Shown here: positions 59,421 to 64,000 of the stretch, in pieces | Layout of the letters: each line of letters opens with the position of its first letter | Numbering within the stretch: the first letter of the stretch is position 1 | Source: Squalus acanthias | Lineage: Eukaryota | DNA: 64,000 bases | Assembly: GCA_030390025.1 (NCBI GenBank) | Contig: CM059433.1 | Location: forward strand, 9,674,001-9,738,000 | Direction of reading: 5' to 3' | Position numbers and translations under genes: made by a program | The notes under the pieces: model-generated | What the model was told of the DNA's origin: nothing | The model's input: the letters and a program-made list of their open reading frames with translations, nothing else | Database searches by the model: none

Positions 59421-59804
59421 ACTTTTTCATTATATATTGGTGTTGTCACTAGGATTTCAATAAAGCATTACGGTTGGTCAGTGAAATGTTCTCATTACGT
59501 TCACGAACTGTGAAAAAACACCCATCAGTACAATTCATTGAGTTGTCTGGAGAGAGTATTTTGAGTTATTTTAAGTGCAACTTTTCCCGTAGCGTTTTGA
59601 TACCAATATACTAAATATGTCTAGTGGCGATACTGTATACCCTCCAGAAAGTATTTATTTCCTGTAAGTTTTGAAATTGGCCTTGAATAAGACCTGTCAA
59701 CTCAATGTAAACCAACGATTCAATTTTGGATCTTCCAGGACTATATGGCTCTGTACCGAACCATGCTGGAGATTTTATCAAGCAACTCAATGGAAATTGT
59801 AGCA

Positions 59805-60632
59805 ATGACGAATTTACAAACCTCGGCGGGTTCGTGGCGGGCGATGTCGGTGGCGGGTCCCGACCCCGATGCTGTCTCCATCCCGCTGTCTGAAATGGAT
59901 TTCCCTTGATTGGGCTTGTTAAGCTCTGCCCAGTGCATTTCCCGGTCAATTAGAGAAAGCGGGTCTGGTGACGTCATTTGATGACACGTCATCAGCCGGT
60001 TTCCTTGAAGGGACCACAGCCAAATTGATTTTGACATTTGTGCTGTCAGTGTTCTACAGCATTGAGGTGCTACAAACACTGACAAGCACTGCACAGAGGC
60101 ACAGGGCTGCACCCAGGCTCTCCCATGACTCCGTCCACATGCATATGGAGGGAGCCACAGCACGCAGGGAGGTCCTCTTCCCTTCCCATGGGCAGAGGAG
60201 ACCTCCCCAGGAGATCAACACAGCCTGGTTGCACATTGCAGAGGAGGGCACAAGCAGGTGAGACAGCCACCTGCACGAAACTCCTGCTTCTCTGGACTGC
60301 AAAACGAAAGTTTAGGCCTTCCCTGCCCTGAGCTTTTCCTTCACCACCCCACCACCCCCATTTCCCTCAAATACAAGACCCTTTCCCCGTGACTCACCTG
60401 AGTGTTGGGGAGCATTCCTTTGGTCCCCAGCAGCAGCCTCCTGCCGCTCAGCTTTCCGCTCCCGACCCCCGGCAAAAAAGCCGCTCTCCGCTGGTTTCGG
60501 TCAGGAATCCAACTGGGCCTATGCAGCTGAGGCTCGAGGGTGTTAATCTTCTGGGCCTCATGCTGCCGAGGTCGGGATGGTTCGCCGCCCACCTCGGCAC
60601 CCCGCCCTGCCACTCCGACTTAAAATTGGGGC
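59805..60632 (+). mobile_element. Harbinger element fragment with Myb/SANT remnant
   Basis: AAPRLSHDSVHMHMEGATARREVLFPSHGQRRPPQEINTAWLHIAEE; inverted homologue of 32148-32560. Confidence 0.8.
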
Positions 60633-60723
60633 TTTTACTTCTATTTTTTTAGATAAATGGAGAAAATGCAATGGGTGTGACTACTGACATCAAGGACTTC
60701 ATCACTGCCGGGTTAGAGTCATA

Positions 60724-61573
60724 GGGGGAAAAATTCAGTATCGCCCCATTTGGGGCGCAATTATCGGCCGGGTGCAAAGATTAGCGCCTCCGACTGATTG
60801 GAGCGCTAAATCAGGCGCTTCATACCTGTCTTAAGGCGCAAAGGCCGAGCAGCGAGGCGCTACCTCAGAGCGCTGGCGAAGCTCATGTGATGTCAGTCAG
60901 CAATGGAACAGAGACACAATGGCGCCGGCCAGTTCTTAAAGGGGAGGGTCGATCTTGCTCTCCATCCACATCGTGCTCATTGCAGCCTTGAATCTCTGCC
61001 TGGAGAGACCTGTACATGAAATCTGCTGGAAAGAACAATGGAGAGAACCAGGGAAAGAGCTCAGAGTGCAGCCCCCACAGTCTCTTCTAAATAGATGCAA
61101 GGAAGGGCAAATCAAAATGAACCTGCAAAGTGCTGCTCAGTACCCAAAACTCCTTCACACAGCGTTGAATCTCTCCAGAAGTCTCTCTCTCTCTCTCTCT
61201 CTCAGAATGCGTGGTGCAAAAATGTCACCAACAAAAAAAGGCAGGAAGCGGTCACCTTTAAATAGCGCTCTCCCAGTCCCTTCCTGACTGCAAAACGCTC
61301 CCCTCAACCTGTCGTTGCTAGCGGCAGGCGGTAAGGCAGGGGGCGCCACTCAATATCCGCTCCGGGGCGCTACCGGGGCGTTGCGCACTCGACTGACGTC
61401 ATGATCTGCCGGTGCAGGAGATCGTGGTGGTAGTGTTTAGCGCCGCCGCAAAATGTCTAGTTAATTTCGCGAGTGGCACAAACATCGCCGTGCCCGGGCG
61501 CAAGTTGCTTTGCGCCCCATTAGCGCCCTCTTAAGGCGCTAACGGGAGGCGCAACCAACTGAATTTTTCCCCC
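60724..61573. mobile_element. PIF/Harbinger-type MITE, TSD ATA
   Basis: TIR GGGGGAAAAATTCAGT/ACTGAATTTTTCCCCC, inserted in a CR1 tail. Confidence 0.88.
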
Positions 61574-62205
61574 ATAGAGTTATACAGCACAGAAAGAGGC
61601 CCTTCGGCCCATCGTGTCCGCGCCGGCCATCAAGCCCTATCTATTCTAATCCCATTTTCCAGCACTTGGTCCGTAGCCTTGTATGCTATGGCGTTTGAAG
61701 TGCTCATCTAAATGCTTCTTGAATGTTGTGAGGCTTCCTGCCTCTACCACCCTTTCAGGCAGTGAGTTCCAGATTCCAACCATCCTCTGGGTGAAAAAGT
61801 TTTTCCTCAAATCCCCTCTAAACCTCCTGCCCCTTACCTTGAAACTATACCCCCTGGTTATTGACCCCTCTACTAAGGGAAAAAAGTTCCTTTCTATCTA
61901 CCCTATCTATGCCCCTCATAATTTTGTACACCTCAATCAGGTCCCCCCTCAGCCTTCTCTGCTCTAAGGAAAACAACCCCAGCCTGTCCAGTCTCTCTTC
62001 ATAGCTGAAGCGCTGCAGCCCAGGTAACATCCTGGTGAATCTCCTCTGCACCCTCTCCAATGCAATCACATCCTTCCTATAGTGTGGCGACCAGAGCTGC
62101 ACACAGTATTCCAGCTGTGGCCTAACTAGCGTTTTGTACAGCTCCATCATAACCTCCCTGCTCTTATATTCTATGCCTCGGCTAATGAAGGCAAGTATCC
62201 CATAC
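61574..62205 (-). mobile_element. CR1 LINE 3' fragment
   Basis: MELYKTLVRPQLEYCVQLWSP; tail CATAGAGT repeats. Confidence 0.93.
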
Positions 62206-62664
62206 GTGCTATTGTATAATTGTTTCTCACTGTCTAAAAAGAACTGGATATGACCAGCACAGGAAGCTATTAGTAATCAATAGGTGCTGGTAGTAATTGT
62301 CAGATTTCATCTAGGTTAGATCATGTGCTGTTAGATTTAAAATTGCTACCATGCAATAAGCAATGTCAAATGACCATGTCAAATTGAAAAGTTTTTTTTT
62401 AACATAGTAACAGAGGTATCAATCCTAATTAGACCGGACTAATTACTTCCAGCACATTCCCTTATGCGTACAATTTGTTATGACTGCAAAAGTCATGTTC
62501 CCTATGATTCTAACCGAAAGGTTTGTTTGTTATTCCCCTGTTGTCACAGTGGGGACTGATGTTGGGGTAAGTTCTCATGGGTACGGGCAGCTCTCCCGTG
62601 CCTCCCCAAGTGTCCACTCCTCATGTATGAGCTTAGACATTGAGCAGCAGTTGGATTTTAATCA

Positions 62665-63565
62665 GATAGTCATATCGGCACAGAAGGAGGCCATTCGGCC
62701 CATCGAGTTTGTGCCGGCTCTCTGTAGAGCAATCCAGTCAGTCCCATTCCCCCGCTCTATCCCCGTAGCCCTGCAAGCTTATTTCCCTCAAGTACCGATC
62801 CAGTCTCCCCTTGAAAACATTGAGTGTCTCCGCTTCCACCACTTCCGTCGGCAGTGAATTCCAGGTCATCACCACTCACTGTGTAAAAAAGTTTTTCCTC
62901 ACATCACCCCCTGTATCTCTTGCCCAAAACCTTAAATCTGTATCCCCTAGTCCTTGTACCATCAACTAGTGGGAACAGCCTTTCCCCATCTAGCCTATCC
63001 AAGCCCATCATAATTTTGCACACCTCTATCAAATCACCCCTCAACCTCCTTTGCTCTAATGAAAACAAATCCAGCTTCTCCAACCTGTCCTTGTAGCTAA
63101 GATCCACCATCCCCGGAACCATCCTGATAAATCTCCTCTGCACCCTCTCAAGGGCCTTCACATCCTTCCTAAAGTGTGGTGACCAGAACTGGATGCAATA
63201 CTCCAGTTGTGGCCTAACCAGCGCTTTATAAAGGTTCAGCATAACTTCTCTACTTTTGTACTCAATACCTCTATTTATGAAGCCCAAGATCCCATATGCT
63301 TTGCTAACCACTCTCTCAATATGTCCCGCCACCTTCAGGGACCTATGCCCATTAACTCCCAGGTCCCTCTGTCCTGGCACACTCTTTAAAACTGTGCCAT
63401 TAAGTGTATATTGCCTCTCCCTGTTCCTTCTGCCAAAATGCATCACCTCACACTTCTCTGTATTAAATTCCACCTGCCACTTGTCTGCCCATTCTGCTAG
63501 CCTTTCTATGTCCTGTTGCAGTCGATTGGTATCATCATCACTGTTTGCCACACCCCCAGTCTTTC
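62665..63565 (-). mobile_element. CR1 LINE 3' fragment
   Basis: LQQDIERLAEWADKWQVEFNTEKCEVMHFG... Confidence 0.93.
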
Positions 63566-63708
63566 GTCCTTTGTTATTCGAGTGAGTCCATGCCCCATTG
63601 TTACCTATCCTATACTGGACATCTAATACTGACTTCGTCATGTCTTCTCTCTCTCATCATCAATAACAATTTACACATGGAGCACCTTAACGAAATGAAA
63701 TATCCCAA

Positions 63709-64000
63709 GGCGTGGTAGTATAGTGATCATGGTACTGGATCAACAACCCAAAAATTGAGTTCAAATCACTTGCCACCACAGGAATGTAGGAACAGGAGCA
63801 GGCCATTCAGCCCCTCAAGCTTGTTCCACCATTCAATCAGATGATGGTTGATCTGTACCTTAACTCCATCTCCTCCACCTTGGCTCCATAACCCTTAGTA
63901 CCCTTGCCTAACAAAAATCTATCAATCTCAATTTTGAAATCTTCAATCGACCACGGCAAATTGTGACATTGAACTCAATAATTCTGGTAATTTGTGGATG
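63709..64000 (+). mobile_element. tRNA-derived SINE head interrupted by a minus-strand CR1 tail (~63779-63950)
   Basis: TAGTATAGTG..GAGTTCAAATC; CR1 tail AGGAACAGGAGCAGGCCATTCAGCCCCTC. Confidence 0.6.

Noticed and set aside
58534..62565. Plus-strand micro-exons (58534-58544, 60653-60711, 62550-62566)
   Set aside because: AG/GT signals only; no recognisable or phase-consistent product.

Overview
Eukaryotic, repeat-dense vertebrate DNA; the repeat families suggest a cartilaginous fish (shark), which is an inference. Most of the window is truncated or nested transposable elements: many CR1 LINE fragments, L2, RTE and Tx1 LINE fragments, two families of Penelope-like (GIY-YIG) retroelements carrying minimal hammerhead ribozymes, tRNA-derived SINEs, PIF/Harbinger elements and MITEs, hAT and Tigger-like MITEs, a short solo LTR, and a 42-copy 24-bp minisatellite born inside an L2. 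No complete autonomous element and no host gene could be identified with confidence. Two signals stand out. (1) A tandem segmental duplication (about 0.6-2.2 kb vs 6.6-9.4 kb) carries a minus-strand exon that is far more diverged than its flanking introns while keeping length, splice sites and an open frame; this is a candidate fast-evolving gene pair. (2) Penelope-like insertions show a recurrent two-ended architecture, with two different defined 3' ends facing outwards between TSDs, together with covarying hammerhead ribozymes. All coordinates and counts were read by eye and may be off by a few bases.
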